Shown here piece by piece: positions 36,162 through 45,791 of a stretch of DNA of 54,866 bases. The position numbers and the translations under genes are program-made. Below the pieces are notes generated by a model, which saw nothing but the letters and a program-made list of their open reading frames with translations, ran no database searches and was not told the origin of the DNA. The stretch's first letter is position 1, and the number at the start of each line of letters is the position of its first letter. This DNA is from Candidatus Pacearchaeota archaeon (GTDB lineage Archaea; Nanobdellota; Nanobdellia; Pacearchaeales; GW2011-AR1), in assembly GCA_016204145.1 (NCBI GenBank), contig JACQLK010000010.1, positions 1 through 54,866 of the forward strand, read 5' to 3'.

Positions 36162-36611
36162 ATGAGCAAAGTAAAGGATAGCGGATACTACGGATACAAG
36201 GATGATGTAATGGAATTAAAAAGTCAATTGGCTCAAAGGAGAAAGCCCGTTCTTGAAAAAAGAGTTACGGAATTTAAAAATATCTGTCAAGTTTTGAAGT
36301 TAAGAGATGAGGAAATAGCACAAGTGCTTGGTTTCTATTCAGAACAATATTATGATTATGGCGGACCGGATCAAATTCTAAGAGGAGATTATAATCCTCG
36401 CGGAGAAGCGAGAGAACGTATAGATAATTTTATTCAAATAAATGTCAGAATTTCTAAAATTTTTAATGATACTGCAACAAGAATAGCGTATTTGAACAGC
36501 GAGCAACCTGAATTCAACGGCAAATCCGTGTTGCATATGCTTAAAGAAGGACATATTGAAATGATTGAAGCGGCGGATTTTGTTTCCGCCTTGCAGGAAT
36601 CCAATCAATAA
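36162..36611 (+). CDS. Hypothetical protein with a DUF2384 (MbcA/ParS-like)-resembling C-terminus
   Basis: AYLNSEQPEFNGKSVLHMLKEGHIEMI resembles the Xre/MbcA antitoxin C-terminal domain. The match is weak. Confidence 0.35.
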   Translation: MSKVKDSGYYGYKDDVMELKSQLAQRRKPVLEKRVTEFKNICQVLKLRDEEIAQVLGFYSEQYYDYGGPDQILRGDYNPRGEARERIDNFIQINVRISKIFNDTATRIAYLNSEQPEFNGKSVLHMLKEGHIEMIEAADFVSALQESNQ

Positions 36612-36638
36612 TTTTATAAATTCTGTTTTTGAGTTATT

Positions 36639-36965
36639 TTGATGAAAAACGAAACCGTTCCAGAAATAAGCAAAAAAGAATTCAACAGCGAGATAAAATC
36701 GGGATTTGTTTTGGTTGATTTCTACGCCGATTGGTGCATGCCGTGCGTGATGATGTCGCCGATTCTCGACGGACTTGCGCAAAAATTCAACGGAAAAGTG
36801 AAATTCATCAAGATAAACATTGACGACGCTCAGGAATTGGCGCAAAAATTCAACATTGTCTCGATTCCGAACTTTATCTTGTTCAAAGACGGAAAACAAG
36901 TCGCGCAATTCATAGGCGCGGTTTCAGAGGAAGAGTTTGAAAAGCGGTTGGGGAAGTTTGTTTAA
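36639..36965 (+). CDS. trxA: Thioredoxin
   Basis: The VDFYADWCMPC active site (a WCxPC variant) and a size of about 107 aa. Confidence 0.85.
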   Translation: MMKNETVPEISKKEFNSEIKSGFVLVDFYADWCMPCVMMSPILDGLAQKFNGKVKFIKINIDDAQELAQKFNIVSIPNFILFKDGKQVAQFIGAVSEEEFEKRLGKFV

Positions 36966-37354
36966 AATTATATTTTTCAGAGAATAAATGTTTATAACCT
37001 TGATAATAAATTTTTATTCTTAACCATTTTATTTGTATAAAGAATGTAATAGAATAATGTTCCAGCTGTAAAAGTTCCAAAATAATAAAATGTCAAATTT
37101 CTTGCCATAAGATTATCCTTACATAAATATCTCAATCCTACACCGGCAAGAGCAGAGATAATTCCCAAACCTAAGCTAACTTTTCTCTTAAAATTATACC
37201 TTTTAACTTTTTCTTCCGCCGGAGCTTCTTTTTCATCAATAATTTTTAATTGACTCTCAACTATAGTTTCTAAAATTTTATCTTTAATCGTATACTTCTA
37301 GGTTTTCAAATACTTTTTAAACGTATCTTTTCTTTTGATAATTGCAAGTAAATC

Positions 37355-37428
37355 GGCTCCGTAGCTCAGCCTGGCAGAGCACTGGACTTTTAATCCAGGT
37401 GTCGTGGGTTCAAATCCCATCGGGGCCA
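37355..37428 (+). tRNA. tRNA-Lys(UUU)
   Basis: Clean cloverleaf: GGCTCCG / GCTC..GAGC / CTGGA-CTTTTAA-TCCAG / GTGGG-TTCAAAT-CCCAT / CGGGGCC-A. Confidence 0.95.
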
Positions 37429-37525
37429 TGGTTTCAAACTTGTTTGAAAACATTGAGGAAAATAAAATTTTCCGATATTTCAAATTGAGTAGAGCGAAAT
37501 TGCATTGTATGAATTACGATTTGAA

Positions 37526-37609
37526 TTCAAATCCCGAGCGGTTTTGTTTGAAATTATTGCAAAGCGAAAAATAAAAAATCCAAGCGGGGCTGCGAGCAAT
37601 CGGGGCCAT
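37526..37609 (+). repeat. Duplicated fragments of the tRNA-Lys 3' end
   Basis: ttcaaatccc (37526-37535) repeats the T-loop segment. atcggggccat (37599-37609) repeats tRNA positions 37419-37429 exactly. Confidence 0.5.
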
Positions 37610-37672
37610 TTAACTCTTTTGAATAATTAGGAAAAGTTTAAATATCTTAAATGTATGCCAAGTGTATATTAA

Positions 37673-37954
37673 ATGCATTTTAAGACACATATGGAAAATT
37701 CAACCATTTCAGCAAGAGTAGAATTGGGGGATTATGCCAACAGAGTTCTCGGCATTATCAAAATAAAATATGGGCTGAAAGACAAGTCAGAAGCCCTGAA
37801 TAAATTTATTGAACTTTATGGGCAGGATATCCTTGAGAAAAGGGCAACAGAAGAATATGTAAAAAAGATCATCACTATGTCTAATAACCATTTCAAAAAA
37901 TACGGCTATAAAAAGATGAGCTTGCGGGAGCTTGATAAACTTTCCGGAGTTTAA
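37673..37954 (+). CDS. Antitoxin-like protein (paralog of 26137-26382)
   Basis: RVLGIIKIKYGLKDKSEAL is the shared motif. It lies immediately upstream of the toxin. The start may be the ATG at 37691. Confidence 0.5.
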   Translation: MHFKTHMENSTISARVELGDYANRVLGIIKIKYGLKDKSEALNKFIELYGQDILEKRATEEYVKKIITMSNNHFKKYGYKKMSLRELDKLSGV

Positions 37955-38245
37955 ATGTTTGATTTTAACATTACTGACGAGCTCAAATTAATAATAGAAA
38001 AATTAGCGAAAAAAGACAGGAAAAGAACAGAGATAATTGATAAAAAAATAAGGCAGATAATAAATTCCGATTCTGCATCAATTCATCATTATAAAAATTT
38101 AAGGCACGATTTAAAAGAATTTAAAGCGGTTCACATAGATTCAAGTTTTGTTCTTATTTTTAAAGTTGATCTAAAAAGAAATTTTATTCTGTTTGTTGAT
38201 TTTGATCATCACGATAAAATTTATAAGAAAAGATACCAATTGTAG
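37955..38245 (+). CDS. RelE/ParE-superfamily toxin (paralog of 25869-26144)
   Basis: HHYKNLRHDLKEFKAVHIDSSFVLIFKV...VDFDHHDKIYK. Confidence 0.7.
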   Translation: MFDFNITDELKLIIEKLAKKDRKRTEIIDKKIRQIINSDSASIHHYKNLRHDLKEFKAVHIDSSFVLIFKVDLKRNFILFVDFDHHDKIYKKRYQL

Positions 38246-38300
38246 ATAGAGAAAGTTTATAGTTCATCCTGTGTTTAAAAAATGTTTTATTGACAAGAAA

Positions 38301-38870
38301 ATGAAAAAATAATTGGATTGGTAGGACCGATTTCGGCTGGAAAAAACACGTCGGCGGAATATATCCGGGAGATTGGGGATTCCTTTTTATACAATAAGCG
38401 ACGCGCTCAAAGAAATTGCCGTTTCCGGAAACCTTCCTCCGACAAGGGACAATTTGATAGTTCTGGGAAATGAATTGGCGACGGAAAAAGGCGGAGAATA
38501 TCCTTCTAGAGAAATTCTCGATAAGATTAGATACGTCGGAATAATCTCCGGGATGAGGCAGCTTGGACAGATACAATACTTTAAGGAAAATTCAAATCTC
38601 GCGCTTATTTCAATAGACGCTTTCCCAAAGGTCAGATTTGAAAGAGCCAAACAAAGAAAAGGAGTTGCAGAAGCGGATAATCTCGAGGACTTTGTCAGAA
38701 AAGAAATTGAAGAAAATTCCGGCGACAACGTTCAGCGATTATTTGAATGCATGAAACTTTCCGATTACAATGTGAAAAATAATTCTGCAAAAAGAGCTCG
38801 GAAGAACTCAGAAAATTTTATCCCTATTATTTCGGCAGGAAAAAGAATTAATTTTCCGGCATTTTTTTAA
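38301..38870 (+). pseudogene. P-loop kinase-like gene (UPF0200 / dephospho-CoA-kinase-like) interrupted by two compensating frameshifts
   Basis: ATG-AAA-AAA-TAA is in frame 0. The Walker A segment IIGLVGPISAGKNTSAEYIREIG is in another frame (38309-38377). The remainder, GIPFYTISDALKE..., returns to frame 0 from 38373. The shifts sit in an A6 run (38304-38309) and a G4 run (38375-38378). Confidence 0.5.
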
Positions 38871-38928
38871 AATTCTCAGATTAAACAATGGAAATTGTAT
38901 ATTTCAATACAGCAATCCTTAAATAGAA

Positions 38929-39393
38929 TTGCTTTATCTTAAAATAATGATTAGGCGAGAGCAATATAACATAAATCCGACAAATTTATACAGAATAAGC
39001 CCCGGCGACGAACCAATGAGACCTCAAGATGATCCGGGTATTGGAATTGAGTTTAGACCGCCGAGAGTAACATATAACGAGGTTACAAATTTTCTTAACG
39101 TAAAAAGCATGATTAGTAATGGTGTAATCTCTCCAACAGCACCCTATGCTGGAAATTACGCTCAAATTGAATTGCCGGAATTTGTTAAAATGTTAAGAGA
39201 AATGATTTATGACCCTGAAAATAATGTATCTCTTGAAGCAGCTGTAGGAAGTTCTGAAAGGTTTGATAAAATTGTCGCCAAAGCGAAATATGATGATGGA
39301 CAACGCAGAATAGCCCACCTATTTCCTGAGGAAGATTTTTGGGACGATGTTTTTACTTCCGACACCGCTTTCGGCGGCGATCCGGATTATTAA
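38929..39393 (+). CDS. Hypothetical protein
   Basis: ORF only. Start uncertain. Confidence 0.4.
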   Translation: MLYLKIMIRREQYNINPTNLYRISPGDEPMRPQDDPGIGIEFRPPRVTYNEVTNFLNVKSMISNGVISPTAPYAGNYAQIELPEFVKMLREMIYDPENNVSLEAAVGSSERFDKIVAKAKYDDGQRRIAHLFPEEDFWDDVFTSDTAFGGDPDY

Positions 39394-39396
39394 GAA

Positions 39397-41931
39397 TTAA
39401 TCTTTCCCGTACTTCTCCAAAACCCTTATTATTCTTTTCAAGCCGTCGATATGTTCTTCAAGATATTTTTTCAGGAGCTTATTTGAATCGCCGGAATTTT
39501 CAAGGAAATGAATCGCTTTTTTCAGCGTCTTCCCGTTTGCGTAGAGCATCGGAAAAAGATTTTCAAAAAAAGCCATTGCGTAATGCCTGTCGCGCTTTTC
39601 AAAAACGGTCTTGACGTCGCTAAAAAACAAATCCATGTATTCTTCCAACCCTTCTTTTTGAATTCTCCAATAAAATCCCTTCATTGCCTCACGAATGTAA
39701 TCCAAGCTTTTTCCTTCGCCGGAAACGTAAATTCCCCAAAATCTTTTTTTGTTTTTTATGTTTGACGCTTCTGCAACCGCCGCGTTTTTTTGCCCCCTGT
39801 CGCTTTTGTCCCGGCTCCTCTCGATTTCCAGCAATTCGTCCGCTTTTTCATGCCCCCTGGCATGGAATCTTGCGATAACGCTCCATCTCTTGTCGTCGTC
39901 AAATTCAAAATCATCGAAGACGATTTTATTTTCAAGTATGTGAATCATCTTTTCAAATTTCTCCTCGCCGATTCCAATGCTTGCAAACGCGAGCATGTTG
40001 AACCATTCGCTTTTTCTTTCCGAATCGATTTTGGATTCGAGCATCTTGAATGAAATTTCAAAAAACTTGTCGCAATATATTTTGAAATCATTTTCATTGA
40101 TGAAAAAATTCAAAATGTTTTTGACGCGGAGAAACATTCGCTCAAGCGAAAGAAGATTTTTTTCTTCGGAAGCGTTTTTCAAGACCAATTCCAAAAAATC
40201 TTTCGGATTGAACTCCGCGTCGCGGACCATTTGCCACAGGCATCCGTAAATCATCTGCCTTGTCAGCAAATCTTTTATTTTTCCTAAATTATCAAGAATG
40301 TATTTCAAAGAATCGGCATCGAATTTGTCTTTTGTGTAATCCCAGTCGCCGTAATTCAGAAATGCAAATTTGAAATTTTTTCCGTTCATTTCAATGTCCT
40401 TTATTTCTGTTTTTTTCCCTTCGTAAAAAACCTCTTTTACAAATTCCGGTTTTGCCTCCGAATTGTTCTCTGAAAAAAGCGCGATTTTTGTTTTGTGCTT
40501 TCTCAACAAATCGTTTTCCATCGAAGGATGTTGAATTATCGCAAAATTTTTAATTTTGCCGTCCGAAAATTCAATTTCAGAGGATATGGAATTTATTCCG
40601 GTTGTTTTTATCCAGTCATCAAACCATTCGCTTAAATTTTTCCCGCACGCTTCTTCGAGACATTCAAGAAAATCCGCCAACTCCGTGTTTTTCCAAGCGT
40701 ATTTTTTGAAATAATTTCTCATGCCGTTTCTGAAATTTTCCTCGCCTATGTAGAACATTAATTGCTTTATGACACTCGCGCCTTTTGCGTAGCTGATTCC
40801 GTCGAAGTTGCTGAATGCGGCGTCGGTGTCTTCCGCATTGGCCGCAATCGGATGCGTTGTCGGCAGTTGGTCCTGGTAATAAGCCCACGCCTTTCTCGCG
40901 TAAAAGTCCTCCCACGAGTCCTTGAATTCCGTCGCTTTGAACATTGAAAAATATCCCATGAAATCCGCGAAACTTTCATTAAGCCACAAATCATCCCACC
41001 ATTTCATCGTCACCAAGTCGCCGAACCACATGTGCGCCATTTCATGCAAAAGCGTCACCGCAATTCTCGCTTTGTCATTTCTCGTCGGCGCATGTCTCAC
41101 AAGCAAATGCTCGGAAAACGTCACGGCTCCGGGATTTTCCATCGCGCCGGAATTGAATTCCGGAACAAAAATTTGGTCGTATTTTGAAAAAGGATATTTG
41201 CAGTCAAAAAAATCAGAATAAAACTTCAGGCCTTTCTTTGTGAGTTCAAACATTTCCTTTTCGCGAACGTATTTTTTCATCGACTTTCTGAAATAAATTT
41301 TCATCTTGATTCCGTCGCAAGAATCCTCGAAACATTCGTAATTTCCCGCGCTTATGTGAAAAAGATATGTGCTGATTTTTTTTGTTTTGGAAAAAACGAC
41401 AATTTTATTTTCTCCGCTTGTTTTTTCCTCGCCCTTTTCATTTGAAATCGCCGTCCACTTTTTCGGAATTTCAACGCTTAATTTCAGCGTTGCTTTTATG
41501 TCCGGCTGGTCAAAGCACGGAAACATTCTGTGCGCGTCGTAGGGTTCGAAGTTGCTGTAAATGTATTCGCCTCCGTCTTCAACATCGGTGAATTTGTGCA
41601 ACCCGTCTCCCGTATGGTTGTAATCGGCGCGGTATTCTATTTCAATTAAATTCTCCTTTTCATTTTCAAGCCCTTCGCCGAATTTTATCGTGAAATCGCC
41701 TTTTTCATATCCTGCTTCTTTTCCGTTTACAAGAACGCTTTTCACGTCGCTTATGCTTTCGAGAACAACGCCTTGCTTTTTGTCTTTCAGGAAAAAACTT
41801 ATCCTGCATTTGCCTGAATATTTGTCCTTTTTCGGCTCAAAATTCAAAAAAAGCTCGTATTTCACATTGTCAACCTGCTCTTTTCGCGATTCGGCGAACG
41901 TCTTTAGAAGAACATCTGTTTTTCCGGGCAT
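39397..41931 (-). CDS. pepN: M1-family aminopeptidase N
   Basis: GAMENPG exopeptidase motif and HEMAHMWFGD-x18-E zinc site (WLNESFA). Confidence 0.9.
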   Translation of the reverse strand: MPGKTDVLLKTFAESRKEQVDNVKYELFLNFEPKKDKYSGKCRISFFLKDKKQGVVLESISDVKSVLVNGKEAGYEKGDFTIKFGEGLENEKENLIEIEYRADYNHTGDGLHKFTDVEDGGEYIYSNFEPYDAHRMFPCFDQPDIKATLKLSVEIPKKWTAISNEKGEEKTSGENKIVVFSKTKKISTYLFHISAGNYECFEDSCDGIKMKIYFRKSMKKYVREKEMFELTKKGLKFYSDFFDCKYPFSKYDQIFVPEFNSGAMENPGAVTFSEHLLVRHAPTRNDKARIAVTLLHEMAHMWFGDLVTMKWWDDLWLNESFADFMGYFSMFKATEFKDSWEDFYARKAWAYYQDQLPTTHPIAANAEDTDAAFSNFDGISYAKGASVIKQLMFYIGEENFRNGMRNYFKKYAWKNTELADFLECLEEACGKNLSEWFDDWIKTTGINSISSEIEFSDGKIKNFAIIQHPSMENDLLRKHKTKIALFSENNSEAKPEFVKEVFYEGKKTEIKDIEMNGKNFKFAFLNYGDWDYTKDKFDADSLKYILDNLGKIKDLLTRQMIYGCLWQMVRDAEFNPKDFLELVLKNASEEKNLLSLERMFLRVKNILNFFINENDFKIYCDKFFEISFKMLESKIDSERKSEWFNMLAFASIGIGEEKFEKMIHILENKIVFDDFEFDDDKRWSVIARFHARGHEKADELLEIERSRDKSDRGQKNAAVAEASNIKNKKRFWGIYVSGEGKSLDYIREAMKGFYWRIQKEGLEEYMDLFFSDVKTVFEKRDRHYAMAFFENLFPMLYANGKTLKKAIHFLENSGDSNKLLKKYLEEHIDGLKRIIRVLEKYGKD

Positions 41932-42089
41932 GAAAATAATTAATCCGGATGGTTATAAAAGTTTGTTGCGCTTTTTTTCGCGCAAAACCGGACAAAACGC
42001 AAGCTTTTTAAACTAATTTTTAGTTTCATTTATTATCGTCCAGTTGCTAAAATAAATCACAAACTTTTTAAAGCGCTTTCCAACAAACA

Positions 42090-42299
42090 ATGCACATTCT
42101 TCAACCAAAACATTCAAAGATGAGCGAAAAAGAGACGGGAGAATTATTTGAAAAACTTAACATTTCAAAATCGCAGCTTCCCAAGATATTGCTGAGCGAC
42201 GCCGCCCTGCCGGAGAGCTGCGCCGTCGGAGACATTATCAAAATAGAAAGAATAAACAGCGACGGGAAAGCCGCGGTTTATTACAGAGTCGTCGTGTGA
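42090..42299 (+). CDS. rpoH: RNA polymerase subunit H (Rpo5)
   Basis: HILQPKHSKMSEKE...LPKILLSDAA...GDIIKIER...VYYRVVV. Located upstream of rpoB. Confidence 0.85.
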   Translation: MHILQPKHSKMSEKETGELFEKLNISKSQLPKILLSDAALPESCAVGDIIKIERINSDGKAAVYYRVVV

Positions 42300-42342
42300 A
42301 ATGTTTTTTGAAATTTTACCGCAATAAAAACGAAACGTAAAA

Positions 42343-45300
42343 ATGCAAGACAAACACCTTATAGTAAAAAAATACCTTGAAGAGCACTCGCTTGTCGAGT
42401 CAAACGTCATTTCTTTCAATAATTTTATCGACAAGAGAATGCAGGAAATCGTGAACGAAATTTCCGAGACGATTGTCAATGACGAATTTGAAATAGTCCT
42501 CGGGAAAATAAAAGTCGGAAAACCGAATGTCATAGAATCCGACGGAAGCTCTTCTTTGGTGATGCCGTACGAAGCGCGATTGAGAAACCTCACTTATTCC
42601 GCGCCGATAACTCTCGAATTGACAATAAAAAAAGACGGGCAGATTGATTCCGACGACGTTGAAATCGGAAGAATTCCGATAATGATCGGAAGCAACAGAT
42701 GCAATACCTACGAATTCTCAAAAAACGATTTGATAAAAAATTACAACGATCCAAATGATCCGGGGGGATATTTCATAATCAACGGAAACGAAAGGGTTAT
42801 GATAATGTCCGAAGACCTTGCTGAGAACCAGCCGTTCATAGAGGAAAACTCGAAAAAAAATCTTCATTTGAGAATATTCTCGTCAAAAGGGACTTACAGG
42901 ATTCCGACGACAATCTCGGAAAACAAGGATGGAATTCTCGAGGTTTCCTTTTCAAGATTTCGCGATTTGCCCGCGATTGTTCTTTTGAAAACTCTCGGGA
43001 TGACGAAAGAGGCGGACATTGCAAAGCTCATAGGAAAAGAAACAGACAGCGTCATTGTCAATCTTTATGAATTCGTGAATCTCAGCACGCCCGAAGACGC
43101 GATGCTTAACATCGCCGAAAAAGCGTCGCTGCAAGGAACAAAAAAAGAAATTCTTGACAGGGTTAAAAGCAGGATTGACTCTTATTTGTTTCCGCACATA
43201 GGGCAGAAAAAAGAAGACAGGATGAAAAAAGCGGTGACTTTGTGCAAATTGATAAAGCAGTTTCTCACGGCAAAGGAAAATCCCGAATTGAAAACCGACA
43301 AAGACCATTACGCAAACAAACGTGTCCGCCTGTCCGGCGATTTACTTGCAAGCTTGTTCAGGGTGAACCTCGGCGTTTTGATAAGAGACATACAATATTC
43401 CCTGCAAAAATCCTCAAAAAGAAAAAAATTATTCTCAATAAGGACTATTGCAAAATCGACTTTGTTTTCCCACCGCGTCGAGTCGGCGATAGCGACGGGA
43501 AGTTGGACCGGAGAAAGGTCGGGAGTTACGCAAAACATGGACAAGACAAACTATCTCGCGATAATTTCGCAACTGCAAAGGGTTTCATCCATGCTTCCTT
43601 CGGATCAGGAAAATTTCCCCGCGAGAACATTGCATCCGACTCATTACGGAAAATTCTGCCCGATTGAAACGCCCGAGGGAACTGAAATCGGATTGAGAAA
43701 AAATCTCGCGATTTTGTGCAAAATATCGACTCGAGTTGAGTTGGACGAGGAGAAATTCATAAAAAATCTTGAATCGGAGGGAATGGAAAAGGACGGCGTT
43801 TCGGGAAGCGATGTTTTCTTCAACGGAAGATTTATCGGAAGCACGAACAATTCCGGGGAATTTGCGAAAAAAATCCGCGAGAAAAGAAGAAATGGCGAGC
43901 TCCCTCTTCAATTAAATGTAAGATATGACAAAGGATTCAACATGATATTGATTTCAAGCGAACCGGGAAGGGCGTTAAGACCTTTGATAATCGTCGACAA
44001 CGGAATTCCGAGGATAACGAAAGACCATTTGATAAAATTGCAGCAAAACGAAATAAAATGGATTGACTTGATAAAACAAAAGGCGATAGAATATCTTGAC
44101 ACTTCTGAAGAGGAAAACGCGCTCGTCGCATTGTATGAGCATGAACTTACTCCGGAACATACGCATCTTGAAGTTGATCCCATGGATTTGCTCGGCGTCG
44201 TCACGTCTCTTGTTCCTTACGGAAATCACGACCAAAGCTCGCGTCTGAACAGAGGAAGCAAGACGCAAAAGCAGGCGCTTGGAATGTATGCGACAAATTA
44301 TCTTGTCCGGCTTGATACCGACGTTTCTGTTCTTCAATATCCGCAAAAGCCGATTGTAAGAAGTTTTGTTTACGACACGCTGAACACTTATCCTGCAGGG
44401 CAGAATTTAATCGTCGCGATAATGACTCATGAGGGATACAACATGGAAGACGCCCTTGTATTGAACAAGGGAAGCGTAGACAGAGGTGTCGGGAGAAGCT
44501 ACTACTTCAGGCCGCATTCTGCTGTTGAAATGCATTATGCCGGAAGCTTGAGAGACGAAATATTGATTCCAAGCAAAGACACGTCGGGATACAAAACGGA
44601 GGAAAGCTACAGATTTTTGGACGATGACGGGATCGTCTCTCCGGAAGCGGAAATCAACGAGGGAGAGGTTCTGATAGGAAAAGTCGCGCCTCCAAAATTC
44701 CTCTCTGAAGCGAGGGAAATTTCAATCAAGACAAAAAAAGAATCTTCCGTCACAATGAGACAGGAAGAGCACGGAACAGTCGAGGGCGTCTTTATAACTC
44801 AGGACGAAGAGGGAAACAAGGTCGTTCAGGTAAAAACAAGGGACATGAGAATTCCGGAATTGGGCGACAAATTCGCGACATCCCACGGACAGAAAGGAGT
44901 TATCGGCGCAATCGTCTCTGAAAATGACGTTCCGTTCACGTCAAGGGGAATGAAGCCGGATGTTGTTTTCAATCCTCACGGGCTTCCAAGCAGAATGACT
45001 GTCGGATATTTGCTTGAGCTTCTTGCGGGAAAAGTCGGCTCTCTTAGAGGAGAAACGGTCGACGGAACTCCGTTCTCCGGAGAAAGCAAAAAGGATTTGG
45101 AAAACCAGCTTGCAAATCTCGGATTCAGATACGACGGAAAAGAAACAATGTACAATCCCGTGACGGGAAAACGCCTTGTTGCAAAAATTTTCATCGGAAG
45201 CTTGTATTACTTGAAATTGAAATACATGGTTGCAAACAAAATCCACGGAAGGGCGTCCGGAAAAATCGCGTTGCTTACGCGACAACCGATTGAGGGAAAA

Positions 45301-45594
45301 TCAAGAGGCGGCGCCCTGCGGCTGGGAGAAATGGAGCAACAAGCATTGGTTGCGCACGGAGCGTCGCTGTTGCTGAAGGAAAGATATGATTCGGACAAGG
45401 TGGCTCTGCACATTTGCGAAAAATGCGGCGCGATTGCCGTCGAAGATAACATAAGGGGAAAAATTTACTGTCCTCTTTGCAACTCCGAGGATACGGAGCC
45501 GGTCGAAATTTCATACGCGTTCAAGCTTTTGCTCGAAGAACTTCAGGGATTGCACATTCAAACTAAATTCAAGTTGAAGAACAAATATGAGTGA
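42343..45594 (+). CDS. rpoB: RNA polymerase subunit B (Rpo2), unsplit
   Basis: 1083 aa with GDKFATSHGQKGV, GEMEQQALVAHGA, a C-terminal zinc ribbon CEKCG...CPLC, and other universal beta-subunit motifs. Confidence 0.97.
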   Translation: MQDKHLIVKKYLEEHSLVESNVISFNNFIDKRMQEIVNEISETIVNDEFEIVLGKIKVGKPNVIESDGSSSLVMPYEARLRNLTYSAPITLELTIKKDGQIDSDDVEIGRIPIMIGSNRCNTYEFSKNDLIKNYNDPNDPGGYFIINGNERVMIMSEDLAENQPFIEENSKKNLHLRIFSSKGTYRIPTTISENKDGILEVSFSRFRDLPAIVLLKTLGMTKEADIAKLIGKETDSVIVNLYEFVNLSTPEDAMLNIAEKASLQGTKKEILDRVKSRIDSYLFPHIGQKKEDRMKKAVTLCKLIKQFLTAKENPELKTDKDHYANKRVRLSGDLLASLFRVNLGVLIRDIQYSLQKSSKRKKLFSIRTIAKSTLFSHRVESAIATGSWTGERSGVTQNMDKTNYLAIISQLQRVSSMLPSDQENFPARTLHPTHYGKFCPIETPEGTEIGLRKNLAILCKISTRVELDEEKFIKNLESEGMEKDGVSGSDVFFNGRFIGSTNNSGEFAKKIREKRRNGELPLQLNVRYDKGFNMILISSEPGRALRPLIIVDNGIPRITKDHLIKLQQNEIKWIDLIKQKAIEYLDTSEEENALVALYEHELTPEHTHLEVDPMDLLGVVTSLVPYGNHDQSSRLNRGSKTQKQALGMYATNYLVRLDTDVSVLQYPQKPIVRSFVYDTLNTYPAGQNLIVAIMTHEGYNMEDALVLNKGSVDRGVGRSYYFRPHSAVEMHYAGSLRDEILIPSKDTSGYKTEESYRFLDDDGIVSPEAEINEGEVLIGKVAPPKFLSEAREISIKTKKESSVTMRQEEHGTVEGVFITQDEEGNKVVQVKTRDMRIPELGDKFATSHGQKGVIGAIVSENDVPFTSRGMKPDVVFNPHGLPSRMTVGYLLELLAGKVGSLRGETVDGTPFSGESKKDLENQLANLGFRYDGKETMYNPVTGKRLVAKIFIGSLYYLKLKYMVANKIHGRASGKIALLTRQPIEGKSRGGALRLGEMEQQALVAHGASLLLKERYDSDKVALHICEKCGAIAVEDNIRGKIYCPLCNSEDTEPVEISYAFKLLLEELQGLHIQTKFKLKNKYE

Positions 45595-45790
45595 ATTAAA
45601 TTTTTACGAAGTTGAAGGAAATTTTCTTGGCGCAGACGGAACAGACATAAAAGCAATTAACATTTATGAAACCGAAACTCCCAGACAGGCAATTAGAATT
45701 GCAAGTTGGAGAGATGGATTAAACCTTGATGCAAAAGTTTCAATGAGAAAAATAAAATTAAATGAAGATAGAATAAGTTCACAAAATTAA
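45587..45790 (+). CDS. 67-aa orphan ORF embedded between rpoB and rpoA
   Basis: Its ATG overlaps the rpoB stop by 8 nt (ATGAGTGA). Its stop lies 1 nt before the rpoA ATG. No motif recognised. Confidence 0.5.
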   Translation: MSELNFYEVEGNFLGADGTDIKAINIYETETPRQAIRIASWRDGLNLDAKVSMRKIKLNEDRISSQN

Positions 45791-45791
45791 A

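Noticed and set aside
36970-37300. Minus-strand hydrophobic reading frame between trx and tRNA-Lys
   Set aside because: The open frame lacks an ATG, GTG or TTG near its beginning. The longest initiable segment is about 44 codons. Evidence is insufficient.
37298-37483. Minus-strand 61-aa ORF
   Set aside because: It is antisense to, and fully overlaps, tRNA-Lys.
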